From positions 1,488,001 through 1,552,000 of the forward strand of contig JBLDXI010000010.1 of the NCBI GenBank assembly GCA_047495785.1: 64,000 bases of DNA, written 5' to 3'. Source of the DNA: Lepidodermella squamata. Its lineage: Eukaryota; Animalia; Gastrotricha. Under the pieces are notes generated by a model. That model was not told the origin of the DNA. It saw only the letters and a list, made by a program, of their open reading frames with translations, and ran no database searches. The translations under genes and the position numbers were made by a program. Positions 41,288-53,767 of the stretch are shown one piece after another (position 1 is the first letter of the stretch; each line of letters begins with the position of its first letter).

Positions 41288-43212
41288 TACAACATGAATA
41301 ATATTCAATAATCAGATATGTATGTGTAGATGTGCGCGTAAATAGCCGGGCTAAATATTGCGCCTGCTGCTATTGTACATTTATTAAATGAAGGCGCTGA
41401 GCGAAAAATGGCGAATGAAAAATTATGCCTGTTTCCGCGATAGAGAAAATAAAACATTTTTCGCTGCCCGGCCAAACTATTATCATCTTTCATAATATTA
41501 TATTAATAAAAGGCGCGAAATACTACAGACAAAAATCGAGACTATATTAGGTTAAACGCATAAGCGGCAATCTTAAACAAGCAGCAGAGATAATAAAAAA
41601 AATGCCCTGCAAGTGGCGGCTAATAAAAACTAGGCTATATACAATTTAGTGCCAATATTTACACCAAAAATGTAAGTTCGATTGATTGGAGAGATATAAT
41701 TACATTTAGATAAAAAAACGGGCAATAAATCCCCGGTGACGTGGGGGCCCCGCATTTTTTCTGCACTTGCTTCACAGAAAATTCAGAAAAAAATAAGGAA
41801 TTTTTCAAAAATTCCCAAAAAATCCTAATTCGGTAGAAAAATATTTTTTCGTAATTTTTATTATTTAATGGGAAATTGATTTAGGTCAGGCGAAATCAAA
41901 GTATATGAGATAGGTCTGAAGTTTCGAAAGACAGGCGACGGTAGGGCTCAAGCCGCTGAAATTAGCTCGGCTATCCAGCGATGGCTATGCTATACTAAAC
42001 GGTGTCCTTAGAGGGTGATCGATGCGATGCCGCCATTACACTGCGCTTATAATATATATCGCCCCGAGCGCGCGGCCTTACCACATTTTTCGCGCGCACA
42101 GCACCGATTCGGCGATAATATTAATTATTGCGATAATAAATAATGATAGCATTACGCGATGCACTTCAAAAAAAACTTAACCAGCTATTTATCGCGCGGC
42201 GACTGAGGAAACTTTTCGGTCACGTATTATTGACTGGATGGTGGGTGTTTTTATAGATAAATAAACAAAATGCAGCGCGCGCTAAGAAATATGATTTCGT
42301 AGGGCTATTAAATATCACCTTGATGAGTTCTACTTTTTTCTCCAATATTTCACGCATAAAATATAAATTCAAATCGATTTTTCGAGATTTAGATATGATT
42401 TAAAAAAATAAAAAAATAGTTTAAAGAGAGAGTGATTTTTTTAAATCTTCAAAGAAAATATGATACCTATAGGATTGCCAAATTGAATTTTCCTATTAAA
42501 TTATTCCGCAACATTAGGAAAGGATATGCAAATTTTATTACGCGTAATCTATTTTTCTTAACCTGAGACGAAAGTGAACGGGTGATTACGATTGGGCGTG
42601 AAATTTTTGGCCGAAGACCGCGGCAAGAGGAAGCGCTTATACTATGCTCATATAGGAAATGAATCGATTTTTTTTGTTCTTTAAATTCAATTATTTGCCG
42701 CTGAAATCCTGACCGTCAATCAGTCCAGGAAAATGAGGACCAAAATGCTTTTGTCATGCTGAAATGTGACAAAATTCTCGTCCTGATTTATAAGTGTGCC
42801 CCTCGAAAAATTATTAACCGAGATTATTGAATGAAGATATTTCCCAAAAATAGACTACATTTTTTCTAATAAAATTCGTTAATTCAATCTGCGGTCATAT
42901 TGTAAGAAATCGATTTCAACCATCGATTTTAAAATTGAGCGATTTTTCCGATGACCGGAAAAAATTATTGCTGAATAATTCACAAAATTCATAATTGCCA
43001 GAAAACGAGAATTTTACTTTTCTTCTAAGAAAACTTCAATGATTAGAAAATTCCGTGATCAACAGAATCATTGAATCAAGTGTCACGACTCACGACAAAA
43101 GTACAACACAAAATAGTTCGAAAAAAAAATGAAAGAAGAAAATATATAAAAAAGTGTGGTGATTTACAACATTGAAATGTTATTTTTTTCAGCCGTGAAT
43201 TTCGCCCCAATT

Positions 43213-44727
43213 TCATTTCGCCAATCCTGTCCATTCTCGGCATCTTTTCACCAGCTCATCGCCCTTCGCGTCGTCCTTAGCGATCCTGAACAGCGAAGTC
43301 ACGTGACAGTCCTTATCGAAATATTTTCCCGACGATTTTTCAAGGCCAGGCTTGCAGGCGCAGTGGACCGGAACCGCGGCGCCGCCCTTTTCCAGGTCTG
43401 TCCCCAAAAATTTCAGCCACACTTTGATGAAGTTCATCTTATGATGCCGTACGATATTCGATCGAATTTCACCCGGGTGCAGGGTGAATACAGAAATGTT
43501 GCTGCGCTCGAGGCCCTGTTCGTTCAAATTGCGGTGAAGCCATCGCGTGTACAAGATGATTGCCAGTTTAGACTGTGAGTACGCGCGCCAGTACGAGAAT
43601 TTGCCGTTGTGTTTACGCCGGTATTTCTCCTGATTAACGTCATCAATGTCGTAGCCTTTCGGGAAAGCGGCTTCGTAAGCCTGTGATGTGACGTTGATTA
43701 TGCGGGCGCGTTCACTTTTCTTCATCAGATCCATCAAAAGGGTGGTCAAGAGGAAGGGTCCTGTCAATATATAAATAGGGCAAATTAGATTCATCTGACA
43801 TGCGTAATTGACAGTAATTTTCGGCCGGAATTTGGAAAAATTAGCTATCACAGATGGGTTGTCCCTCGAAATGGCCTTAATATCTTCCCAAAACTTGAAA
43901 GAAAAAAAGAAGACACGGAATCGGACAGAAACATGGAAAGGAAAAACGAGGAATGAAGAGAAAAGGAAAGGAAAGGAAAAAGGAAAAGGATAATAATTAG
44001 AAAGGATCGGAATAGGGATAGTGATAGGAAAGAAGAGGAAATGGGAATAGGAATAAGAATAAAGGAAAGGAAAGGAAAGGAAAGGAAAGGAAAGGAAAGG
44101 AAAGGAAATAGGAATAGGAAAGGATGGGAAACGGGAATAAGAATAGAACTAGGAACAGGAATAGGAATTTGAATTGAAAAAAGGAATGGAATGGAATAGT
44201 TAGGAAATTAAAGAATGGGGATAGGGAGAGGAATAAACAAGGAATAGGAATAGGAGTATTGCGGATACAGGAAACAAGGATTTTTAATAATTTTCCAATC
44301 GATTGATTTGCGGTGCAAAGTGCAATTCCTAATATAACTTACCCAAAAAATTGGTCGCAAAAGTGAGTTCAAAGCCGTCCTCGCTGAGTTCGTACACGTT
44401 ATCAGGTTGTAGCAGGCCCGCATTATTGACGAGCACGTCCAAAACAGGTTCTTCTTCGAGTACCTCGGCAACGAACCTGCGAACTGACTTGAGCGAGCTG
44501 AGATCAACCTGCCGCACTACAACCTCACACCGGCTGCCAACCTGGCGCCTGATATCACTCGCCGCATCTTCGCCCTTCTCAACGCTTCGACAGGCTAGAA
44601 TCACCCGTTTCGCCCCGTGTTTCGCGAGTTCCAAGGCCGTGTATCGACCAATGCCACAATTAGCGCCTGTTACCAAACACGTCTTGCCAACGATTGTCCA
44701 AGGCGAGCTATCCGCTGACTGAGCCAT
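43213..44727 (-). CDS. Short-chain dehydrogenase/reductase, retinol dehydrogenase 11-14-like (2 exons: 44727-44343, 43760-43213)
   Basis: VTGANCGIG Rossmann motif, NNAG, catalytic YSQSK, LHPGEI, SGKYF. Phase-1 intron at NFL/G. Confidence 0.92.
43930..44280. repeat. Purine-rich (GGAAA)n/(GGAATA)n microsatellite inside the SDR intron
   Basis: Perfect AAAGG run at ~44061-44108 with degenerate flanks. Confidence 0.9.
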
Positions 44728-45913
44728 AAAATATTAGCGAAAAATTTCTAGAAAATCAAGGATAGATAGTTGACTAGCGTATTTATAGAGGCGCGATTTA
44801 ATTGGCAATCATTTAATTACAGCATTTTAGGTCTAGGCATAGGATTTGCGCCTGATCCGATTAGTGTTTTGATGCTTATTTTCCGGGCTGCTGATTTCGC
44901 ACACTTAAGCGCGCACTCGATAGTATGAATGTCCCTTTCGCACATATGCAGTTGTTGTGTCGGTGCCTAAAAAAAATTGCAATTAAATTTAGCAATAATT
45001 GATCCGTGGGAAAAGTGACCGGCTATCATTTTTAAGCCTAAAAACAGGAATTTTAATCTAAATCTGTCAGAATTTAATATTGATGAGACTGTTTTAGAGG
45101 CATAAAGTGAACTTTAGGAGGAGGATCAAATAATTTTTAAGTGGTTAAGTTTCTGCTTGTTCGAACGCGTAACAGGTATATAACATGAACAACTTAACGC
45201 GGCAACGCGGAGTTGATTTTTTTCTCATTGACTTTGTCCGGTTAGCATTGGAGTAAGGGGCTGAGCGTTTCGTTACTAAACCACCACCTGAAAAAAATTG
45301 ACAACCACGTGTAAGCCAATTCATGAGAACGCGCTTTTCACGTGTTGTTTGATAAGTTTTTTTTAATATTTAAAGCTAAAAATAACGCCTAAAAATGACG
45401 TAGAATGTGACCGCAGGTTTGATCCGCAGCAATAAGGCTTTCAAATAGTTGAATATAAAATAAGAATCCTGCTCAAAATAAGATTTTTGATATAAAAAAT
45501 GTTTGATTAGGGTTAAAATGGACAATTTCTGGCCCTATATATATAGCGGCCGGAAGGTCGAACTTTTGAGGTTTTGCTGAATCACGGCGCTAAATTTGCA
45601 CCTTATGACGTCAATCCAGCGGCCAGAGCGGTGTTTTTTTTCACCGCAAAAAATTGTTTTTGCGCCCAGGAAGGCAATAATGAAGAGCCGGCTGGTATAG
45701 TTGGATAGGCGCAAAATGGCAGCCCATAATATCACGACGCGTATCTTTTATTGCCGAGATGCAAGCATCGATATAGAAATTTCTGGACACTTCAACTGCT
45801 TATTCATCTTGAAGGGTAGCCGGCGGCTAAACTTCGCGGATTTTAATTTCCAGCTAAAAGAAATTTCTCGTAGATCCAAGCCGCAAAATTCAAACTGAAA
45901 TTTTTAACAGGAC

Positions 45914-46222
45914 ATAAAAAAGAGAGAGTAAATGTCGAGACACCACTGTTTATCGTAGTATTATCAATATTTCAGCCTACGTTTCGGTGCTCGAGGCGCC
46001 ATTATCAAGGCCTTGGAGTTCGAAAATCGATGCGCAGATATCTGGAAATGAAACTATCCGACAAAGTCATTGAGAAAAAAACAAGTCTGGAAAGATCTGC
46101 GTATCGATTTTTGAATTCCAAGGCCTTGATAATGGCGCCTCGAGCACCGAAACGTAGGCTGAAATATTGATAATACTACGTTAAACGCAGAGGTGTTTCG
46201 ACATTTACTCTCTCTTTTTTAT
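45914..46222. repeat. Long palindrome (~126-bp arms, ~55-bp spacer), probable Penelope-like/retrozyme-derived element
   Basis: Arms 45914-46039 and 46095-46222 are near-perfect reverse complements. Each carries a hammerhead-like core. Confidence 0.85.
46122..46160 (+). ncRNA. Minimal type I hammerhead ribozyme-like motif (U3-A8 variant); mirror copy on - strand at 45974-46012
   Basis: GGCC-UUGAUAA-U-GGCGC(CUCGA)GCACC-GAAA-C-GUA-GGCU: stem I GGCC/GGCU, core, stem II, palindromic ACGU stem III. Confidence 0.6.
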
Positions 46223-46324
46223 TCATTCACACTATAACGGTCAAAACTGGTTTGAAATATTTTATGAGAAATTGAAAACAAAGCAAAAAAGCTGAATCGA
46301 ACTTGTATGTAAGCCCAAAGTTCG

Positions 46325-46410
46325 ACCTAGCCCTAAACCTAAACTGAACTCTAAATCATAACATAGCCCTAACCCTAAACCTAACCCCAACCCTAATCCT
46401 TAATCCCAAC
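46325..46410. repeat. Degenerate (CCCTAA)n telomere-like hexamer tract
   Basis: CCCTAA ACCTAA ... CCCTAA CCCTAA ACCTAA CCCCAA CCCTAA TCCTTAA. Confidence 0.65.
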
Positions 46411-47734
46411 TCTTATCATCGTTTGCTGAGCAACTTATTTAATATTCTTAGTTTTTAAAATTCATCAAAATTATCGAAAAAAAACAGTTATGTTTTCTCC
46501 TCAGTATTTTCAGTGTGAAAAACTTCTCATTCATAAAAAGGCCGAGTGAGGAGTGAGTCTGGGTACATAGTGGCGCCTGGGAAGTGTGATAAACAGCTTT
46601 AATCAATAAGAGCCGGGGTAGCGCAGTTCTTTGGGCGAAAAGTTGAATATAATAGAGCAATTTAGTTACATTTTTTGTGAGAATTTTGTCTTTCATCTCA
46701 ATTAATTCGCATTTCTTTATAAATAAACAAATAACGTGATTTCTACGGTTGCCGAGGTTTTGGATTTTGCTTTCGAGATAAACCTATTACCGGATGTCTC
46801 TAAATCGCGATTTGTTAAGGACTGAAACGAATGAAAATAGCGACAATTTTCTTCCTACGTTTTTTGTGGCTTAATTGTCACAAAAAATCTCAAAAATGGC
46901 CAAACCGGACATTTGAAGGTCTAAAATCGACCGGATTACACATTAGTCCGGTTTAGCAGTCAGGATTAATATGTAAAGTCCGCACTTTCGGCACGTGCCG
47001 CCCGATTTCGCGCAGATTACGGTTTAGACCGGTCCGGATTACATAAACTTAGACTGTATTAAGTTGTCGGATTAATTGAGCCGTTTGTCCGATTAAAGGA
47101 GACAATTGTCTTAAAAAAAGTCAAATCTATTTTTGTACTGGAATCCTGATCAAAACAAAGACAATTCCAGCGAAAATATGAACAATTATTTTGAAAGTTA
47201 TTCTCAAGGTCGAAGTTAAATGATTGGGCGCCTGATTGATAACTAAAGAAATTATTGGCTTTAATTCGGAATTAAAAAAGGGAGATAAGAATTAATGGCC
47301 TAGAAGTCCAAAGGTTGTTTCGCGGGAATCCCGTGGTTGTTATGAAATTTCTTTATCTTAACCTAAATATTTTGCATGGGCGTGTCATAGCCTCTCGCAA
47401 TGTTTGCACTTTCCCCTTCTTATCTTTAGCTGCACTTTGAATGGTTTCCTGTTTGTGGCTATTCGCCAGAGGAAGCCGCCAGTGGGGGACATGAAATCGA
47501 TCTAAACAGGAACCAATTAGGTAGGCCTTATACAATTTTTGAATTCTTTGACATTTCATCACCCACGTGATGTCGCGATGTTTTACTGAACGAAATTGAA
47601 AGGGATGTAAGTGATCGAAATTTAATTTTCGCAAAAGTAGACAGTTCATCCTCGTTGCCGACAGGCAAACAAGCTCACCGGACAATAAAAAAATCAAAAT
47701 CAAGTTCATAGAAATGTCATAGGATGCTGTAATC

Positions 47735-49091
47735 CTAATGAAGATCCACCCAGACTGAAGCTCGTTTGACGAGCTCTTCAGCTCTAGCATCGTCCTTTGC
47801 GATGCCGAAGACGGATTCAACCTTGCAGGCCTTGTTGAAGTATTTACCGGACCATTTTTCGATCCCAGGCTCACAGGCGCAGAATACTGGGACGTCCGCT
47901 CCGCCCAGCTCGAGGTCCTTGCCTAGCAATTTGAGCCAAACTTTGATGAAGTTCATCTTGTGGTGTCGGACAATGTTGGTCCTTACTTCGCCGGGATGAA
48001 GGCTGAAAACTGAGATTCCACTTTCATCGCCCAGTTGCTTATTCAAGTAGCGCGTGTACAGAATGATAGCCAATTTCGATTGGGAATAAGCGCGCCAGTA
48101 AGAAAAATTGTTTTTGCGACGGAATTTTTCCTGATTTACATCGTCGACGTCAAAGCCTTTAGGATAGGCGGCTTGATACGCCTGTGACGTGACATTGACA
48201 ACCCTGGCCGTGCCAGATTTCTTCATCAAATCAAGAAGCAGATTCGTGAGAAGGAACGGCCCGAGGAAATTGGTCGCAAAGGTCATTTCGAAGCCATCCT
48301 CGCTCAATTCATAGCAATTATCGGGCTGCAACAGGGCTGCATTGTTGACCAGAACATCCAGTTTCGCTTCAGAGGCTATGATCTCATCTGCAAAGGACCG
48401 GACACTTTTCAAAGAGCTGAGGTCCAACTTCCGGATAGAAATGTCGCATTTGTCACCCACTGCATTTCGGATATCTTGAAACAACAAATTTCGCGTTAAT
48501 TTCATGGTCATTGTCGTGAAAACGTGCGTGTTAAAATGTCAAAGGTCAAATTTCGAAACCTTCGTCGGTTTTCATACAAAACGCTAAGTGAGCTCAACAG
48601 CTATCACTTGGGCATAGGGGAGGGGATTTAGGCCTAACTATGGAATTTTTGCGAGCCAGCCAAGATTTGTGACAGGGGCACCTTTCGTAAGCACGCTAAA
48701 AGTGAAAAAGACGCTAAAAGCTTCCCCATTATAACAATAAACAGTGCGCGGAGTAACGGGAGGAATGGATGAGGTATCGTACCCTTCAGTTCGCAAAGCC
48801 AATGGGGACCCTTTGCATGGTCATAAAATAACCCGTAGTTCGAGAATCCTACTTCGACCGTAAATACCGATACCATTTCCTGAATTTGACATTTGACCTT
48901 CCCTTATGATGTAACCCTCACATACCTTTCAAAGCTTCTTCAGCTCGTTCCATCGATCGGCATGCCATGATGATCCGTGCCGCACCTTTCCGTGCCAGCT
49001 GAATGACCGTGAATTTGCCGATGCCGCAGTTGGCGCCTGTGACAATGCACGTCTTTCCAACAATGGTCCATTCTGAGCCGCTTGAAGCCAT
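47735..49091 (-). CDS. Second SDR paralog, RDH11-14-like (2 exons: 49091-48926, 48475-47735)
   Basis: [40 protein letters not shown]. Phase-1 intron at EALK/D. Confidence 0.92.
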
Positions 49092-49758
49092 CTTTCCTCG
49101 AATGATACTACCCGGTAGCGGCCACCATGCTTATATGCGATCATCAATTAAGCTCAACTTGTCATGTCACATTATAGCGAGCCCTGGGTCGCCTGTTGTG
49201 ATCTTCGCCTTGTCAGCGTAAAAAGTCCGAGTTATCTATAACAGTTCACTTGTCCTTGTTGGAAGGTAAGCGACCGGACGCAAAGTCTGAACAAAATATC
49301 CGGTTTTTTTCGAACAAATTGCCCATCGATGCGGAACCGTAGTGACATGTCCCAGCAAGGCGCTGTCGTAAGCCCTCGCATGTCGCATGACGAAAAGACA
49401 ACCCCGTTTCAGATCCCATGCTGCGCTTTGAAGTGACTCCTGCCCGACTTATGTCAAGCGCTCAGCGCTAATTTTCGCAGCCGTGGCATTTGCGTCCGTT
49501 TGTGTCGAACTCAAGGCTAATATTGAGATCATTTCCTGTAAATGTGACACATGTCACTGTAATGTCAAGGGTTGGCTACTAGCGCACAAATCATTGGACT
49601 AGCCGTCTTCGATTTACGAGCAATTTCCTGGGATAAAGCTAATTGGACGACACAATATCAGTAAAAAGTGAGCAATAAGTAAGAGGAAATAATTGAGAGT
49701 AAACAAACCGAAAACTTTTGGGGTTTTGAGCATTCGAAATGACAGAAATTTCAGAAAT

Positions 49759-50986
49759 ATGCATGCCCACCTCTGTTTCCTTTTCCTCTATGGAACAGGT
49801 TTTCCAGGCAAAGTCTTACCTTATCCAGAGGTAAAGGAATTAAAGGAGAGGACATTGAAAGCGTGCCCTGAAATCCTTGAAAAGAGCTTGCCTATGAACA
49901 CATGGCTACAGAGCGATTTTACTTCGCCGCTCTACATCAGCTTCAAGTTCCTACTACTTCGATTCGTAGAAATCAACGACGTCGAGCAGAGAATGTCTGT
50001 TTACGCTCGGATCGCATTGTCATGGAACATTCCGTGTTCGATAAATTGCTCTGAAATTTTGCCACCACGATTACAGCAGAGTTGCAACTCGTCTAAAATC
50101 GAAAGTATCAATTTTTTCCTACCAAAATCAGAGGCATACTTCCCCTATATCAGCCACTACAATGCGTTTCAAGATAACAGGCCGTTGGACTCGTATGTTT
50201 AACTCAATAAGGCCGTTCAATTGATTCTAGAAACTATACAGGCTCTCAAGTGACATACAAGTACTCCCTTTCGCGCAGCCTGAGCCTCGAGCTATGGGCT
50301 TAGCTGCTGGGCGCATGGACACGGCTTGTCGCTATCTAACGTTCAAAAAATTTCCATTTGACACGCAAACTTGCGAGTTGATTTTCCAATCAGATCAGAG
50401 GACTGACTTTGTCGTTTTCGAGCAAGTCTCCTTCACGATACCAGACGGCATGGCGGCTCTTCTCGACAGCGATATCTGGCAGTTGGCCGCCCCATTGAAC
50501 GCATCTTTAGAGACGGTTCAAATGACGTATTTGACAAGCCAAGTCACGTTCAAAATAACACTTAAACGAAAATCTTCTATTTACTTTGCGTCAATTTTCA
50601 TGCCTTTGGCTAGTTTGTTCCTTATGCAAGCAGTCACGTTCGTTCTACCACCTGATGCCATAGATCGGCCTATGTTCTCTGTAACGGTTGTTTTAGCGTT
50701 TTCTGTCATTCTTTCAATCGTTTTAGAGAGCATCCCGCAAACAGCTGAGATCGCCTACCTAATTCTACTTGTATGCTGTAACTTTTGCTACGGAGTAGTC
50801 ACTTCGATCTATGCAGTCATAATGTGTAACTATGACGATCGCGTTGATGCAACAGATAAGAAATGCTCGCTCAAGAGAAATTTCATCGTTAAATCACCTC
50901 GATTTTACGATTTTTTAATTGGCGGCAGTTTAACTATTCTTGTTATGCTTGTTGATTTTACTTTACTGGCTCTAATGCTCAGATGA
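49759..50986 (+). CDS. Divergent Cys-loop ligand-gated ion channel subunit 1 (nAChR-like, non-alpha); intron ~50193-50241
   Basis: VEINDVEQRMSV (beta1-2), Cys-loop CRYLTFKKFPFDTQTC, LKRK pre-M1, four TM segments. TTTCAG immediately upstream of ATG 49759. Confidence 0.85.
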
Positions 50987-51124
50987 GCAATTTGAACAGT
51001 CTGAAGTTGTTTGCTGAGAATCTTACCAAATATTGATTTCGGCATTTCGGCAAATAATGATAAGCAAACTTGAGATGTTTCATTTGAATTTCTACACACT
51101 TCGAATCTCGAATTCAAACCCAAC

Positions 51125-52408
51125 ATGAAGGTTGTCTTTTCAAGTAAACTCATTTTGTTGGCTTTTCCAGTCTTAATTCACGGATTAACTGACCCTGAGA
51201 TAAAGGAAATCGAGGATAATACTGTGAGGATTTGCCCCGAAGTCACGTTGAAGAGCCTACCTGCGCATGTCTGGGTGAAAAGTGGCTTCAAAACACCGCT
51301 TTATATCGGCATAAGGTTCCAGCTTTACCGTTTGATTGAAATCAACGATGTCGAGGAGCGAATGTCAGTCTACGCTCGGATAAATCTGTCCTGGAAATTG
51401 CCATGCAACATCAGCTGTTTAGACATTCTACCGAGTTTAGACACGCTACAGTTTCCATTCACAAGTGCAGCTAAGAATATAGCTGCACTTGTGAATGGAA
51501 ACTGTAGCGTGTCTAAAGTTGATTTGATCAATTTCTTTGTACCACGATCGGAGACCTACTTCCCACTCATCAGCCATTACAACGCTTTCCAAATAAGCCG
51601 GCCATTTGACCAGTAAGTGACTTTCGATCTATTTGACCATGTTCAGGACGAATTTCTAATTAGATTAGCTGCTGATGTCCAAATCCAACCTCTGTCGAAA
51701 CCGCAACCGCAAGCCTTTGCTATAGCGACAGGTCGAATCGATTCAGCATGTCGGTATCTGAGGTTCCAAAAATTCCCGTTCGACGTTCAAACCTGCGAGA
51801 TCATTCTCCAGTCAGAACAACGACCGGAATTTGTGGATTTCCAGCAAATTTCCTTCTTTATCCCCGATAAGATAGACGCCCTCCTAGATACCGATATTTG
51901 GGAATTAGCGGGCCCGTTGAACTATACAATAGACAGGATATCGCAGACGCTTTCATCTGTAATTGTTCAAGTTGCGTTTCGTATAACAGTCAAGCGGAAA
52001 TCTTGGTGCTACGCAGCGTCTATCTTCATGCCGCTAGCTGGATTATTCATAATGCAAGCCGGGACTTTCCTACTACCACCCGCCACCATCGAGAGACCTA
52101 CTTTTGCTATTACCGTTGTCCTCGCATTCTCAGTTCTGTTGTCCATGGTTTTTGTCAGCATTCCTCAGACAGCAGAGACCGTTTATCTAATCCTGATGGT
52201 TTGCTGGAATTTCTGCTACGGAATAGTCACTTCAATCTATACTGTGATCGTCTGTAATATGGATGATTCTCCAGACCAAGGCACTAAGAAGCCAATATTT
52301 TTCGGAATCTCGTCAAAAGTCAGGCTATACGACTTGATTATCGGAGTTTTCTCAACAGCTTTAACAGTGATTATCGACATAATTTTATTCGTCCTGATGA
52401 CGAATTAA
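51125..52408 (+). CDS. Divergent Cys-loop LGIC subunit 2; intron ~51613-51663
   Basis: Signal peptide MKVVFSSKLILLAFPVLIHG, CRYLRFQKFPFDVQTC, ERPTFAITVVLAFSV M2. Confidence 0.87.
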
Positions 52409-52473
52409 AAGGATAGCAGCTGAATAAATATCAAGGACTCAAAGTGTGGTTACTAACGTTTCTACTTGTTACT

Positions 52474-53704
52474 ATGTATTTCTTTATCCTAATTTTCATT
52501 TCGGCTAGTTACTTAGCTGTAGAGAGTATACCAGAGCTCTTAGAAATTCAAGAAAATGTGATGAAAGCGTGCCCTGAGTTGAGGATTCGCCAACTACCTA
52601 TGAGCATTTGGATGAAGACCGGCTTTAAAACCCCAATGCAGCTCAGCGTTCGGCTTTACCTCCACCGTGTCATCAGTCTTGACGATATAACGCAACAGCT
52701 GTCTCTTTACGTCAGAACCCGATGGTCCTGGGAAGTACCTTGCGAAGTGGTATGCGAAACCATTCTGCCTCTGAGCTTGAAAGCTGCCAATATCAGTTGC
52801 GGAATGAAAGATCTGGCGCAAATAAATTTCGCAGTACCGAGGGATGAAACTTTCTTCCCGGCCATTAATCACTACAATGCTTATGAAGTCAGTCGACCCC
52901 TAGAACAGTAAGAACTTGGAATTTGCATATTTTGGCCTAGATCTAGACATTTTATGATTTACATCCAGATTGGTCAAGGAGGTCAAGATTTTTCCATTTG
53001 GAACCGCTAAACCAACCGCGATGTTTGTGGTCTCGGGCCGCATCGACTCAGCTTGTCGCCACATGTCGTATCGGAAATTTCCATTCGACATTCAAACCTG
53101 CGACATCCAGCTTCAATCAGATCAGCGCAGCGAAGTTGTCGCATTTGGCGATATTATATTCGCCGTTTCTCCTTCCGCAAACGAGCCGCCTCTAACTGAA
53201 TCAGATATATGGGAACTAGCAATGCCGCTGAATTACACGCTACAGCTGATTAAACAAGACCAAATCTCGAATTACCAAATCAATTTTCGCGTGGTCCTGC
53301 GACGGAAATATGGTTACTTGATGATACCGATATTCATGCCCCTTTACGGCCTCCTCCTGTTGCAAATCGGGACGTTTTTCTTCCCAACTAAATCTGTTGA
53401 TCGGCCAATCTACTCTGCTACGATAGTTTTAGCCTTTTCGGTAGTTCTCTCTATGGTTTTCAACAGTATCCCGCCAACAGCTGAAACTGTCTATTTGATT
53501 CACCTTGTTTGCATTAATTACGGTTACGGAGTTTTCGTAACAATTTTCACGGCTTTACAACTGGCTTTCAAACGTAAGACGACAGGACCAAGTGATTTCA
53601 TAGGATGTAGTTTTATTAACAGTTACCGGGTTGTATCGCTTCTTTCAACGGGCGTAACACTTGCTGCTAACATCACTTTGATACTGCTAATGATTTTCGA
53701 ATAA
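52474..53704 (+). CDS. Divergent Cys-loop LGIC subunit 3; intron ~52908-52968
   Basis: Signal peptide MYFFILIFISASYLAVES, CRHMSYRKFPFDIQTC, DRPIYSATIVLAFSV M2. Same phase-2 intron position as its paralogs. Confidence 0.87.
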
Positions 53705-53767
53705 AACATGTGGTAGTTATTGCTCCAACTTACAGTAGTGATAAGTAGTCATAGAGGAATTTTCAGG

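Noticed and set aside
43808-43993. Lys/Glu/Gly-rich ORF
   Set aside because: Translation of the purine microsatellite inside an intron.
46895-47060. CCGGATTA-rich repeat ending AGACTGTA, possible Tc1/mariner-type MITE
   Set aside because: Matching left TIR not found.
47353-47874. 173-aa minus-strand ORF overlapping the SDR end
   Set aside because: Alternative frame plus 3' region, non-ATG start, no recognisable motif.
50193-50241. Apparent split/pseudogene of the LGIC ORFs (also 51613 and 52908)
   Set aside because: Explained by a conserved ~50-60-nt phase-2 GT-AG intron in all three paralogs.
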